A DNA stretch of 64,000 bases from Phoronis australis (taxonomy: Eukaryota; Animalia; Phoronida): assembly GCA_002633005.1 (NCBI GenBank), contig NMRA01000807.1:1-64000 (forward strand), in the 5' to 3' direction. This document shows positions 62,270-64,000 of this stretch, one piece after another. The number at the start of each line of letters is the position of its first letter. The first letter of the stretch is position 1. The notes below the pieces were generated by a model, which had not been told where the DNA came from, ran no database searches, and was given only the letters and a program-made list of their open reading frames with translations. A program made the translations under genes and the position numbers.

Positions 62270-64000
62270 GGTTATCTCCAACCTTATTCACAAAAATGGC
62301 CATTTTACAATATTTCACACGTGTGACAATAAAAAAATACCTTACCTTCATTCTCGGGGAACTTCAAATACAGAATATATACTGCGTAGCGAGAAAAAAA
62401 GATTTTTACAGAACCACCTTGGAACCGCGCAACCGCGTGGATATCTGTGTACTACTTATCCGAGGTCAAAGAGTAACTTTTTCATCTTGAAACGAAGTTA
62501 CAGCCATTTAAAACTTGTCAAGTTTTTCGACAGCACCCTGTACTAGTGTACGATATGACATAGCTTCGTTCATGGCATCCACCCTGTATTATTGTACGAT
62601 ATGACATAGCTTCGTTCATGGTATCCAAACTACAGGGTAGACATAGCACTTTTTTGCTTAATAGACGTTTGATACTTGGGTTGATACTGACATAATTGCA
62701 GAATGTCGATTCATTTATCAGCATACTCTGTATTTGGCCATATATGATAAGCGACTGTTGTGCTATGCGGGTAGCTACAAGAATTGCCTTACTACGCTCG
62801 TCATAATGACTGTCGTAAGGCAATTTCGACAATCGAGATTGTTTATTAATTGTTTTTGAAATTAGCTAAAGAAGGTAGCTAAAGCAAGTAGCTTACTTAC
62901 AAAGGGTTGAATTAAATTGTTGCTTTGAGATTCTCTGATAGCCATGCAGCCATGTAAGACCTAAAAATTGAGGGTCAACTCTCGCTGCATTGATGATCTT
63001 ATATCGTTGGCCAAACGCGTGAATGTCACGCGCCTAAATTACGCGCGCAAATTAATTATTGTTAGTGATGTAAATCAATTGCTTTCTGCGCAAATTTCAC
63101 TCCCTAAATATGTATGGGTAAATTACGCACGTAAATAGTTTATTTACGTGCGTATGGTAATTCGCGGCGCACCATAAGATGTTGGGGAGGCTAGAGCCCC
63201 CACTTATTTCAGTGCTGCGTCCCCCATGGGGATGGGCAGCGCGCACCATAGGGGGTTGGGGGCTATAGCCCCCATTTATTTCAGTGCTGCGCCGCTCATG
63301 ATATTGCGCTCTTAAATAATTAATTCACAACGTCAAGAATCAATTTACGCCGTTAATAATTAATTTACGGCGTTCTAGATTAATCTTGAACTCGAGCCAA
63401 TTATCTTCAAGATAACAAATGACAAACAATATGACAGCGAGTTTATTTACATGAGGTACGTTGTCTACAACACCCGTCTGGACCACTCGAGATTAGAAGA
63501 ATCTGGGGCTGTGTGGTGTTTGAGCCTTTTAGATTTAGGCAACCACCAGTAGCCGCCAGTAGTGACCAGTATTTATAGTGTCGAAGGCGTTGAAATGCGG
63601 TCGATCGTGAGCAGATACTTACGGGAGCCGTGAGAGATATCTTTGAAAGTGGCTCAGTGGGCGAGAAAAGTGTTTTTGAGATCATCTCTATGACGAATTC
63701 GAACTTATGACCTCAGCGGTCAATAAAGGATTTCTAATTCATTGTCTTTAGTAGCACATTTTCAATAAAAATGAAGTGTGTTATGGATTACACTGTCGCA
63801 TATAGACCTAATATCACCCAGACAAGAAGCGCGCTCCAAAACGAGGCTCACTACGATAGCTCCGTTAAATAGCTAAGCATAGTTGTGTTCCGCGTTGCTC
63901 GAACGGCGACAGAAAAAATACAGACATTCAACTGTTTTTTTACAATCCCTAAGGAAGCTGAGATTCGGAAACGTTGGGTTGTTGCCATACGCCGCGGTGA
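62270..64000 (+). mobile_element. Intronic Kolobok-like end and THAP relic running off the window
   Basis: TTAA|ggttatctcc terminus at 62266-62279. 63869-64000 encodes AKHSCVPRCSN...(frameshift)FFTIPKEAEIRKRWVVAIRR (THAP). Linking the two parts into one element is inferred. Confidence 0.55.

Overview
This is AT-rich, repeat-dense eukaryotic DNA, most consistent with an invertebrate animal draft assembly; it has one N gap at 22472-22952 and three single-N joins. No prokaryotic operons, rRNA or CRISPR arrays are visible. There are two credible host genes. One is an uninterrupted minus-strand ORF (ATG 6924 to 5680) for a signal-peptide, 3-Ig-domain, probably GPI-anchored protein. The other is a plus-strand first coding exon (61586-62133) of a type II membrane protein with a FAM20-like N-terminus. 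A decayed paralog of the Ig gene, not in the ORF track, lies at 16829-17165. The rest is mostly nested transposon relics: Academ, Kolobok/THAP, ISL2EU/Harbinger-like, HERO, LOA-like and L2/Crack LINEs, three Penelope-like elements (two with inverted ends carrying hammerhead motifs), Helentron-type HINEs, a tRNA-derived SINE and MITEs. The most striking structure is a >=1.8 kb inverted repeat pair (1-1815 / 22998-24818) enclosing both Ig loci. I found no clearly novel system. All family calls come from motif recognition by eye, with no database search.
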